A stretch of DNA of 64,000 nt from an uncultured Porphyromonadaceae bacterium (lineage in GTDB: Bacteria > Bacteroidota > Bacteroidia > Bacteroidales > Muribaculaceae): positions 13,427 to 77,426 of the forward strand of contig CAMWUJ010000003.1 in the NCBI GenBank assembly GCA_947177405.1, read 5' to 3'. Under the pieces are notes generated by a model that worked only from the letters and a program-made list of their open reading frames with translations, ran no database searches and was not told where the DNA came from. The translations under genes were made by a program, and so were the position numbers. Position 1 is the stretch's first letter. Each line of letters opens with the position of its first letter. Below, in pieces: positions 50,101 through 58,035 of this stretch.

Positions 50101-50150
50101 ATCTTCCCAAAGGTCTTTACATTGTGGCAGGAAAGAAAATCATTCTTTAA
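47142..50150 (+). CDS. GH13 alpha-amylase paralog with two CBM25/26-like modules and a T9SS C-terminal domain
   Basis: GFTAIWITPVV, GFRIDTAGHI, FMYGEVCA and VVYVDSHDYAP. CBM-like modules are VYAWNGG..AWSGTAM..IFNSGGKQTADL and AWVWDE..WPGQDL..IFNDGSKQTANL. The tail is LPKGLYIVAGKKIIL. Confidence 0.9.
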   Translation: MNHLRKFVCGAVIASSAMASLAATFVGDRTDFRDETIYFAMTTRFYDGDPDNNVYCWDGVNNVKDPEWRGDFKGLIEKLPYIKALGFTAIWITPVVENASGLDYHGYHAMDFSKIDHRYVDKNADAAQADVAFKELIDAVHAQDMKIILDIVIQHTGNFGESHLAPMFKKDYTKDLANIEESMIPLTKSTGGILPDNYANLQPAAQYAARLDNMKNTDYQNHDIHNYYHHKAWFDWDDPSRWWGQIAGDCVDLNTEHPGVSQYIVDSYARLIKMGLDGFRIDTAGHIPRLAFNKNFIPQFLEASESDEAKRNRGNNPFFMYGEVCARSMEVIYRGDNYNCSPCYYTWKESKDYPWDYDPKSWDSIVAIPTQTEGSQDYETVSGHTNWDSCNQSAVDDKGHAASILKKSDNHKLNGNEYHTPDHSKHSGLNVIDFAMHWNFNSASGAYGVRTQDDLYNDATYNVVYVDSHDYAPDSNYRFKGDQGTWAENLSLMFTFRGIPCLYYGSEVEFQKGKDIDKGAILALKETGRAYFGGYIEGEVQGLTDFAEYTGATGNMASTLSYPLALHIQRLNKIRAAVPALRKGQYSNDGCSGKFAFKRRYTDDKVDSYALVTMSGDATFTGVLNGRYVDCVTGDVQNVTDGKLTAKCTGKGNLRVYVLDTDKTKAPGKVGEDGKYLYASSPVTGNWVEWPDETMPDETWTVKPNTGGGGGGNNDIEEPENPIEPSMAQGEQAVFFEVDAEGEHAWKGVNVYAWNGGTQYAGAWSGTAMTYLGKNVYKWTYTGSGKIPETAQVIFNSGGKQTADLKWVNGGYYKYSGYVKTIEGAGDIEDDPIIPTDPTTYTAYFDNTAGNWSSVKAWVWDENNGNKNYTGNKWPGQDLSLDPASGYYKYSCTVEDANPKMMIIFNDGSKQTANLEFVHNGIYNADGFTNNYMADTGVKNVDLTGIRVYVSNGSLVIESDRLVTIPVVRVDGMTSNITVGEGKTSVDLPKGLYIVAGKKIIL

Positions 50151-50200
50151 CTAAAAAATTAAAGACTAATTCCAAACTATAAACAAATACAATAATCCGG

Positions 50201-50229
50201 AGAGGGCGTGTCTTGCTGACATGCCCTCT
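50201..50229 (+). terminator. intrinsic terminator after the plus-strand amylase
   Basis: AGAGGGCGTG-N9-CATGCCCTCT followed by TTTTTTATTT. Confidence 0.65.
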
Positions 50230-50399
50230 TTTTTATTTCTAAGAGAATCTTCCCGAGAAGTTACAACCCACAATCTACTTCCGGGTTACATCAGTATATT
50301 TAAAATCTACATTGAGATTATCATGCTTTATAAGTAATTATTTTATAATACCTTTGCCGAACCTACTTAACTATTTCAAAATTATAATTTTCAATTTTA

Positions 50400-51704
50400 A
50401 TGAAAAGATTATTGCTTTTTTCAGCGATAAGTTCGCTGCTGGCCCTCCCCACGATAGCAGGATCGAAAGTCGGTGACGTGGTGGATCTGACTCCTACAAT
50501 CAAAGGATACGTAGTAAAGGCAAATGGTACAAACCATGAAGTGGAGATTTATGCAAATCCCGATAACAAGCCTACCGGAGACCTTGATATCCCTTATTTA
50601 TATTCTTCAGCATCGAGCGACACTTACTGTCCTGTAAGAATTGCCGCTCAGGGATTCAAACAATGTGATCTCACATCTGTCAGTGTGGGAGGAGGCATGG
50701 AATACATTGGCAAAGACGCATTCTATGGCTGCGTGAACCTGAAATCTTTCACAGAGAAAGATCCCGGTTCAATCGGTTCGGTGGGTGAATATGCCTTCTA
50801 CCGCACCGATGCGCTTGAAAAGATTTCACTTCCGGGTGTATATACCTTGAATCAGTGGGCATTCTATCGTTCGGGTATAAAATCAGCTAATTTCACAAAT
50901 CTGGAGTATCTCTATGCAGCCGCATTTTATGAATGTTTCAACCTTGAGACCTTCACCGGAGGGGAGAAATTGAAATATCTTGACAACATCGCCTTCTGCA
51001 AAGATGAGAAGTTGAAATATGTGCTTCTCGGCCCTAATTTGTCCACGATTGGTTCTATGGCTTTTGCTTTTTGTACCTCACTCAAGGAAATTGTAATCCC
51101 GGAAAATATCACTTCAATTGCAAAGGATGCTTTTGAGGGCCTTTCAATGGAACGCGTGTTCATTCTGTCTCCCGACTTTATGGAGTTCTGCGACCAAAGT
51201 AAAATATTGCGCAATAAATACCTGCAGAATATCTATTGTCCTGCCGATTTGATCAATGATATAAAAAACTATATCGCCACAGGAACAGAGGAGAACAGAC
51301 CGGATTTTCTTGCTTCACAAGCTGAGATACATCCTTTATCGGATCTTGTTGAAGTGAAACAAGAAATCGATGATGATTTCACAATTACTCCCAAGTATGG
51401 CGATATCTCAGCAATGTTTGTATTCAATCCGGAGACGGGAAGCGAGATACGAGGCACTAATTATCATTATAATCTGACAGGCGATAAAATAGGGCTCCAA
51501 TATCGTGTGGACTGGAAAAATCTCCTCCGTTATACAGTTACTTTGGATCGCGCTTCTTTCGTGAATAATATTTCTTCTGAAATGCCCGACGATCCAGGAT
51601 CTTTCCCCGTCTATTTCGATCTTCAAGGACGTGAAGTAAAGAATCCTTCAAAAGGGATATATATCATCAGGGAGAATGGAAAAACCAAAAAAATTACTTT
51701 ATAA
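50400..51704 (+). CDS. BspA-type leucine-rich repeat surface protein with a T9SS C-terminal domain
   Basis: Signal peptide, repeated about-23-aa units (IGKDAFYGCVNLKSF, VGEYAFYRTDALEKI, LYAAAFYECFNLETF, IGSMAFAFCTSLKEI), and the tail VYFDLQGREVKNPSKGIYIIRENGKTKKITL. Confidence 0.75.
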   Translation: MKRLLLFSAISSLLALPTIAGSKVGDVVDLTPTIKGYVVKANGTNHEVEIYANPDNKPTGDLDIPYLYSSASSDTYCPVRIAAQGFKQCDLTSVSVGGGMEYIGKDAFYGCVNLKSFTEKDPGSIGSVGEYAFYRTDALEKISLPGVYTLNQWAFYRSGIKSANFTNLEYLYAAAFYECFNLETFTGGEKLKYLDNIAFCKDEKLKYVLLGPNLSTIGSMAFAFCTSLKEIVIPENITSIAKDAFEGLSMERVFILSPDFMEFCDQSKILRNKYLQNIYCPADLINDIKNYIATGTEENRPDFLASQAEIHPLSDLVEVKQEIDDDFTITPKYGDISAMFVFNPETGSEIRGTNYHYNLTGDKIGLQYRVDWKNLLRYTVTLDRASFVNNISSEMPDDPGSFPVYFDLQGREVKNPSKGIYIIRENGKTKKITL

Positions 51705-51724
51705 GCGAGTTCTATAAGATAAAA

Positions 51725-51754
51725 AAAGAGGGCAGCCGATCGGCTGCCCTCTTT
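51725..51754. terminator. bidirectional intrinsic terminator (perfect palindrome flanked by an A-run and a T-run)
   Basis: AAAGAGGGCAGCCG-AT-CGGCTGCCCTCTTT, between convergent genes. Confidence 0.75.
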
Positions 51755-51770
51755 ATTATGGACTAAGATA

Positions 51771-54700
51771 TTATAAAATCACTTTACTATTGCTCAAGAC
51801 ATATACCCCGGTTGCAGGAACATCTATCACGTTTCGTCCCGGTTTAAGTTTGATCACGCGAACCACCTTACCATCGGCTGTGTAGAGAGTCTCTGTGCGG
51901 CTGTCGGGTGAATAAACCACCATTACACCACCCTCTTTAGTCACCTTGAACTCTTTAACTTCTACAGCTTCCACACCTGTCTCAAGAGGAGACTTAACTC
52001 CGGGAAGGCCGGTGAGGATTTCCAACGGATTAGAAGAAGATGTGGCGTAGAATTCGAAGGGCTTAACTTCTACAGTAGGATCTTCCATACCCTCGGAGGT
52101 CTCAACTTCTGCCGGAATAAAGGCATAGGAGTTGGCATCGAGCAGATAAAGATCGGTTGCCGGAAGGTTCTGCAACTTGTATGAGGCATGGAGAGTGAAG
52201 TCCTTACCCTCAATGCGGATCTCTGCAGGAGTAGCAGGAACTGTAACATCCTTTGAAGAGAAGATAGTTTTACCATCATTCACAGAGTAGATAAAGTAAG
52301 GTTTGTTAGCCTCGATTCTCTCCACACTCTGGAATTTCTCACCACCCTCAGCGAGGCCATAGATAGTGTTGTTATCTATTGTCTCAGCATCCTCTTCGGC
52401 GAGAGTCATCACGATTTCCTGATTGCTTTCATCAGTGATGCTGTTCACATTGAAAGGTACTAATACCGGAGTCCATTCCTTAGTCTCAGCAGCGAAAGTA
52501 ACGACTGCATCATCCTTCAGAGTGAAGCTATAAGGTATCGACAAGGGATAACCCTCAACAAATGAAATATCACTCTCAGCGCTATATACTCGGCTGCGTG
52601 TGCCCTCGGCGTCGCTCTCTTCTTTTACGAGGAGATAGTTAGCCTTTGAGGAAGGAACACTCACACCGTCATCAAGAACCACGATACAGTTGGGATTCAA
52701 GCCCTTGAAAGCATTTGAGCTGAGCTCTCCGGCTTTCTTGCGGCTCTTGTGGCGCACATCGCTCTTGGGATCTGCAGAAGAAGAGAGAAGAGTGATAGTG
52801 GTGAGGTTGTCGCAACCATCGAATGCACCGTCGCCAATTGAGGAAACACCGGTGAAGGTGATCTTTTCAAGTGAACCGCAGTCTTTGAATGCACCTGCTC
52901 CTACCGCGCCTACAGTAGCGGGGATATCTACACTCTGAAGTGAAGAGCAACCGCTGAATGTACCGGCGGGAATTTCTGATACTTCGGGAAGAACCACTGT
53001 TGTGAGGTTTTCCATTCCGGAGAATGCAGCTTCAGGAAGTTCGCTGTCGAAGTTTGAAAGATCAAGACTTTCGAGGTTACTGAACTCAGCTACCACCTCT
53101 TGAAGCTGTTCTTCGGTCATCTCACCTTCGAGCGATATAGAAGTGATACCGGCTGCTTCCTCAGGCTTGATGGATGCGAGATCCTCTGCATTGATGATAG
53201 CACCCTCGGTGGGAACTGCGAAGATTTCTACAGTCTTGTTCTCTCCTACGAGATTCAGTTCATAGTAGCCGTCGGCATCAGCTGTAATCTCATCGTTACC
53301 TACCATCACCTTAGGCAATACGCCCTTAGACTCTTCAATGCTGAAGTCAACTTTAAAACGAACCTTGGAGTTCTCTTTCACATCGCGGAGCACAGGTTTG
53401 AGGGCATCGGCAGTATCCCATGTATGAGTTCCCTTGGGAGCTTCGGGAGTGTTGTTCTCTTCTCCGTTTTCGGCTTCGTTGCCGTTTTCATTTCCTTCTT
53501 CAGTTTCAGAAAGAAGAACGAATGAAGGGGCAGCCTCATTAAGATCTGTCACCTCAGGCTCGGAGATAGCGAAAGCATCAGAAAGCGCATGGAAGTTGAG
53601 ATCGAGAGTATATTCCACATCGATTCGGTGGTTGCCTGCCTTGTCAGCATTGAACTTAGGATTGTGGAATACCACAGGAATAGAACCATCCTCAGCAAGC
53701 TCCACCTTTTCGCCATCTACATAAACAGTAGCTTTTGCACCGTTATCGATCGGGAAAATCTTTCCTTCTGCCGAGATAGTCTGAACCGGCACTTTGTCGC
53801 CGAGGAATGAAGCCAACTCATTGGGCCTCATAGTCTCATCCGCCATACGAACACGTGTGGGATCGAATTCTACACCATATACAGGATCCGAGGAGAGGAT
53901 ATTATATTTAAACAATAACCATATATTACCATAATTCTTATCCGTATTTGGAGTCTTATAAACCTCCAGATACTCTTCTGGAACAATCACAGTAACCTTC
54001 TCAGAATGAGGAACTCCCATATTATAGTATTCCTTGAGATAGGTGGCGTAATATGAATCATAGCAGATCGGCTTTCCATGTGCCAATATGGTTTGGCCAT
54101 TTGCATCCTTACCCGGAGGGGTAGGTATACGAATTATCTTAAGGTTAGTTGTCCCCTCAAACGCTGAACCAGAAATGGCATAACCTGTGTCACTTGTCGA
54201 TTTAGGAACGCTTGAAATTCCAGGTGGCAGCACAATCTCTTCGATATTACTACAATTCAAAAAGACACCTGATCCAATTCTTGTAATGGTATTGGGAAGG
54301 ATAACCTGCTGCAATACAGATGGTGCAGTGAACCAAGTACGTTTCAACTCATTAGCCGCATCTTGGACCACTCCGTTATTCTTCCACTCGACAATCTCTA
54401 GTTCACTAAGATCTAACACCTTAATAGTGTTGGCTGCCCAGTCATACTTCAAAGCATCTTGAATATCCGATGCATAAGCTCTGCCTCGCACCTTTACGGT
54501 CTCAGCTACGTTGTTCTCTCCTAACTGATAGTAAAGACCATTTGGATAAGTATCGATAATCTTTGTGGTGCCGACAGCCGGGTTATAGACATTGATTTCA
54601 AAGTCCATATCCTTCATCGCAACAAAGGAATATTCCACTGCGGCCTCACGGGTAGCAACCTGCTCGCCGTTGACTTTCAAATCAACCTTATACACGGACG

Positions 54701-57700
54701 AGGTAGGAACGATAGATAATGTGAGGTCCTGACCGCGAAGGGCTGTGGATTCCACGCCGGTGATAGTAGCCAGACCTTCCAAATCCAATTCGTTCTCGTT
54801 TACTACCTGACCCCCTTCTGTTTCTATCTCCTCTCTGATAGTGACTCCATGCAGATTCATGTTATACATCTGCGCCTGGTTGTTTACCGCAGGGATAGCA
54901 TCAACTATATTTTCGTTAGCACCCTGCACGAGATACCAGTCTTTCTTATTATTAGAGTTTACGAGGCGGATAAGGTTTCCTTCGCGCACATTAGAATCAT
55001 TAACCTTGCAGGTTACATTGTATTTGTGGTTGTTTGCCACGCCACCCTGCCATGTGTTAACCGGAGATATGAATTCCTTGATATTGCTATCCTTGTCGGT
55101 AAGAACAATTGCCCAATAGAGATTGTCGCTATACTGAGGCACATCGAGAGCGTTCAGACGAACTGTGAATTCCTGGCCGGGAATCACATTCACTGCATCA
55201 GTGAACATACCAACTGATCCATTCTTATCGTTGAGGCTCCACATCAGTTTTCCCTCTTTCACAGGCTGAGGAGCGATGAGATCGAAGTGGATGATGGTGT
55301 TACCGTTGATTGTGGTCTTATAGTTGCCGTTGGCATCAGGAGTGAGTAGAGTGGAGTTGGCATAAACCTCCATCTTATTATCACTGTCAGCGATATGTGT
55401 AGCCTTGAAGGTAACCTCAGTTCCCTTATTTACGTTGCCTACCTTTGCCTCTGTCTCGAAATTCACTTCATTGTTCTCCATCACGGCAAAGCGCACTTCA
55501 TTGCCGGCAGCCGGAATTGGATCTACCACGATATTCTTGATAGTGTTCCAGTTTTCTGCTTTCTGATAATTATATACAGCATTATCATTAGGCACATGGA
55601 GCGTAACAAGATCTGTCTTTACACTCGATAACACACACCAGTTGATGAATTCAGCTTTTTCGCGACCAACCCAGATGTCGCGAAGTGCGGAGCAGCCAAC
55701 AAATATGTTGTATTCATATTTGCTCACACCGGATGGAATAGTGATCGATTTAAGACCTGTCAGTGCGAAGCAAGCATTGTTGAAGCGGTTCACGGAGTTG
55801 GGAAGAATAACTTCCTGCAACGAACTTTCGCCACGGAAACCGTCGCGGGGAATAGCGTTAGCCTGGTCGTTGCCGTAAGCGGAGATATTCACACCGGAGA
55901 TGTCGAGACGCTGGAGATTCATCGCATTCTTCATAAATGTGAAATCACGCGCGTCGATCGATCCGTAGAGAGTGAGATCCTTGATATTGGCTGCATCCTC
56001 TTCGGAGATAACAGAAGAGAGTGTGCCGGGTGTGCCAACCCAAACACTGCGCTTTGCCACAACATCAGCTGCTTTCTGAACAAGGATAGAGATCTCCTGG
56101 TCTGCACAGACGTTGTTGAGGTTATAAGTATTGTTGGCAGAAGCTGTCAGGATTATACCGTTAGCCTTTACTGTCACAACATCTTCAGCGGGATTATCAA
56201 GAGTTACCTTGAAAGAATAGTCGAAACCTTTTACAACATTTCCATCACCTTCGATTTTTACGCCTGCCACATTTGAAGGAAGCACGATGCGGAAAGTGGC
56301 GGGAGTGCCTGTCTTAGGATCAAGAGTGTTGGCAGTGAGGAGCTCGCCGGCTACCGGGAGCCATGCGTTATCATTGCTTCCTTTAGTTACGATATAGATG
56401 CGATCGCTGCTATCGACCGATACTCCGGAAGGAAGCTTGCAACCGTCGAAAGTTACTATCCTTGCCGGTGACTCGATAGTGCTCTCCATGCCATACATGC
56501 TGAAGTCTTTCTCGCTGCTGAGAAGAGTTTTCATCTTTCCGTCTGCATCGCAGAGAGCAACGGCGATTTTACCTTTGAAATCGTTGTAGGTTCTGTTTTT
56601 TAGATATCCCACTCTCACTTTGAATGTCTTACCGTTGGTGAGGTCAGTAAGGTCAGAACCGATACCGGGCTGCTGCTGCTCGTTGGTGATATGGATAGGA
56701 GACCATGCAGCAACCTTTCCGTCAGCAGGTTTGATATTATAAACGATAGTATTGAGGTTATTGTAGCTGTGCGCACGACTAACAACAGGATTCAGGGCAG
56801 TAGTAAGGAAGTAACCGTCGGCACCACCACCCCAACCCCAGTTGAAGTGGAAATAGCCACCATCATAGCCATCGCAAACGAATGCGTGACCTGCAGTCAC
56901 ATCCTGTCCGCAATAAAGCACCGGGCGTCCGGCATCGATCTCATCTTTCACGATCTTGTCCCATTCAGCCTGAGTAGCTACTTCAGAACGTTTCTTGATA
57001 GATACTCCGGGGTCATAGCCGAAATATGTGGCAAGCGCCGCCGGAACGCGAGATTCGTATGCACTTGAACCCGACATTGAATATTGAGTGTCGATACTCT
57101 TAGAAGCATGGAACATAAGAAGCGCTACCGCATCGGCCTCTTCCTGAGTATAACCGGAGCGATAGTTGTCCATACGCATATTTTTCCAATCATAAGCAGT
57201 TGCGAAGTCCACATCTTTGAATGATCCCACGCCGGCTACAGGCCATTCGTAGAATTTCATGATGGTTGACATAGCTGTTCCCACGCATCCTACAAGGGGC
57301 TGACCGGGAATCATCTTGTTGAAGGGACCTTCCTGACTCCATGTAGGCGTCGTGAGCAGTTTTTCGGTCTCGGCCGACCTCTCAGCTGCCTTGCGAGCAG
57401 ATTTACGAAGGTCTCCAGGAGTCTGTACTTGCTGGATTGAGGGAGCGGCCTTGATTTCACGCTCCAGACCTGCAAGCATCCACTTCATGGCCTCAGGCAT
57501 ACTCTTCACCGGATAACCATTCTTAAAGGAGTATCCCAAGATAGGTGCTGTAGTGTCGTCCCCTGATACCATAACAAAACCCTTGTTATCGGCGAGATTG
57601 AATACATAATAAAGGGGATCACTTTCGCTACCGGCTATCGCTACCGGCACAAGCTTTACATTTTCCGCAGTAGTGCCTGATCTGCTTTTCAAAAACTCTT

Positions 57701-57806
57701 TTGCCAATGCTTCTGCATCTGAAAGAGATACTTTCTCCGAGAAGGAGTAGAAGGAAGAACCCAGGAGGAGAGAAGGGATCACTATCCAACGTAAGTGTCT
57801 ATTCAT
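51771..57806 (-). CDS. giant (2011 aa) C10-family cysteine protease with Ig-like and BspA-type LRR regions and a T9SS C-terminal domain
   Basis: Signal peptide, an Spi-like prodomain (DAEALAKEFLKSR), catalytic Cys VGCVGTAMSTIMKFYEWP, and catalytic His AGHAFVCDGYDGGYFHFNWGWGG. There are three separated LRR blocks and an acidic linker (ETEEGNENGNEAENGEENN). The tail is GRNVIDVPATGVYVLSNSKVIL. Confidence 0.8.
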   Translation of the reverse strand: MNRHLRWIVIPSLLLGSSFYSFSEKVSLSDAEALAKEFLKSRSGTTAENVKLVPVAIAGSESDPLYYVFNLADNKGFVMVSGDDTTAPILGYSFKNGYPVKSMPEAMKWMLAGLEREIKAAPSIQQVQTPGDLRKSARKAAERSAETEKLLTTPTWSQEGPFNKMIPGQPLVGCVGTAMSTIMKFYEWPVAGVGSFKDVDFATAYDWKNMRMDNYRSGYTQEEADAVALLMFHASKSIDTQYSMSGSSAYESRVPAALATYFGYDPGVSIKKRSEVATQAEWDKIVKDEIDAGRPVLYCGQDVTAGHAFVCDGYDGGYFHFNWGWGGGADGYFLTTALNPVVSRAHSYNNLNTIVYNIKPADGKVAAWSPIHITNEQQQPGIGSDLTDLTNGKTFKVRVGYLKNRTYNDFKGKIAVALCDADGKMKTLLSSEKDFSMYGMESTIESPARIVTFDGCKLPSGVSVDSSDRIYIVTKGSNDNAWLPVAGELLTANTLDPKTGTPATFRIVLPSNVAGVKIEGDGNVVKGFDYSFKVTLDNPAEDVVTVKANGIILTASANNTYNLNNVCADQEISILVQKAADVVAKRSVWVGTPGTLSSVISEEDAANIKDLTLYGSIDARDFTFMKNAMNLQRLDISGVNISAYGNDQANAIPRDGFRGESSLQEVILPNSVNRFNNACFALTGLKSITIPSGVSKYEYNIFVGCSALRDIWVGREKAEFINWCVLSSVKTDLVTLHVPNDNAVYNYQKAENWNTIKNIVVDPIPAAGNEVRFAVMENNEVNFETEAKVGNVNKGTEVTFKATHIADSDNKMEVYANSTLLTPDANGNYKTTINGNTIIHFDLIAPQPVKEGKLMWSLNDKNGSVGMFTDAVNVIPGQEFTVRLNALDVPQYSDNLYWAIVLTDKDSNIKEFISPVNTWQGGVANNHKYNVTCKVNDSNVREGNLIRLVNSNNKKDWYLVQGANENIVDAIPAVNNQAQMYNMNLHGVTIREEIETEGGQVVNENELDLEGLATITGVESTALRGQDLTLSIVPTSSVYKVDLKVNGEQVATREAAVEYSFVAMKDMDFEINVYNPAVGTTKIIDTYPNGLYYQLGENNVAETVKVRGRAYASDIQDALKYDWAANTIKVLDLSELEIVEWKNNGVVQDAANELKRTWFTAPSVLQQVILPNTITRIGSGVFLNCSNIEEIVLPPGISSVPKSTSDTGYAISGSAFEGTTNLKIIRIPTPPGKDANGQTILAHGKPICYDSYYATYLKEYYNMGVPHSEKVTVIVPEEYLEVYKTPNTDKNYGNIWLLFKYNILSSDPVYGVEFDPTRVRMADETMRPNELASFLGDKVPVQTISAEGKIFPIDNGAKATVYVDGEKVELAEDGSIPVVFHNPKFNADKAGNHRIDVEYTLDLNFHALSDAFAISEPEVTDLNEAAPSFVLLSETEEGNENGNEAENGEENNTPEAPKGTHTWDTADALKPVLRDVKENSKVRFKVDFSIEESKGVLPKVMVGNDEITADADGYYELNLVGENKTVEIFAVPTEGAIINAEDLASIKPEEAAGITSISLEGEMTEEQLQEVVAEFSNLESLDLSNFDSELPEAAFSGMENLTTVVLPEVSEIPAGTFSGCSSLQSVDIPATVGAVGAGAFKDCGSLEKITFTGVSSIGDGAFDGCDNLTTITLLSSSADPKSDVRHKSRKKAGELSSNAFKGLNPNCIVVLDDGVSVPSSKANYLLVKEESDAEGTRSRVYSAESDISFVEGYPLSIPYSFTLKDDAVVTFAAETKEWTPVLVPFNVNSITDESNQEIVMTLAEEDAETIDNNTIYGLAEGGEKFQSVERIEANKPYFIYSVNDGKTIFSSKDVTVPATPAEIRIEGKDFTLHASYKLQNLPATDLYLLDANSYAFIPAEVETSEGMEDPTVEVKPFEFYATSSSNPLEILTGLPGVKSPLETGVEAVEVKEFKVTKEGGVMVVYSPDSRTETLYTADGKVVRVIKLKPGRNVIDVPATGVYVLSNSKVIL

Positions 57807-58035
57807 AAGAGTGATAGAATTAAATTAAATAAGTATTTGGAAAATATTTTTAACGATGTTTTGCTTATATAACAAAAAAAACTAAAAAAGTTCCAAAAGT
57901 TTTTAAAAAAAATTTTTGCAGAGAGTAAAAAATTAACGTTGACAGTAATATTTTAGTATATGAATAGGGGTTAAAATTTTGTACTATTTATCTCCAATAT
58001 TTGTAAGTAGATAATTATTGCACATCTCAAACCCA

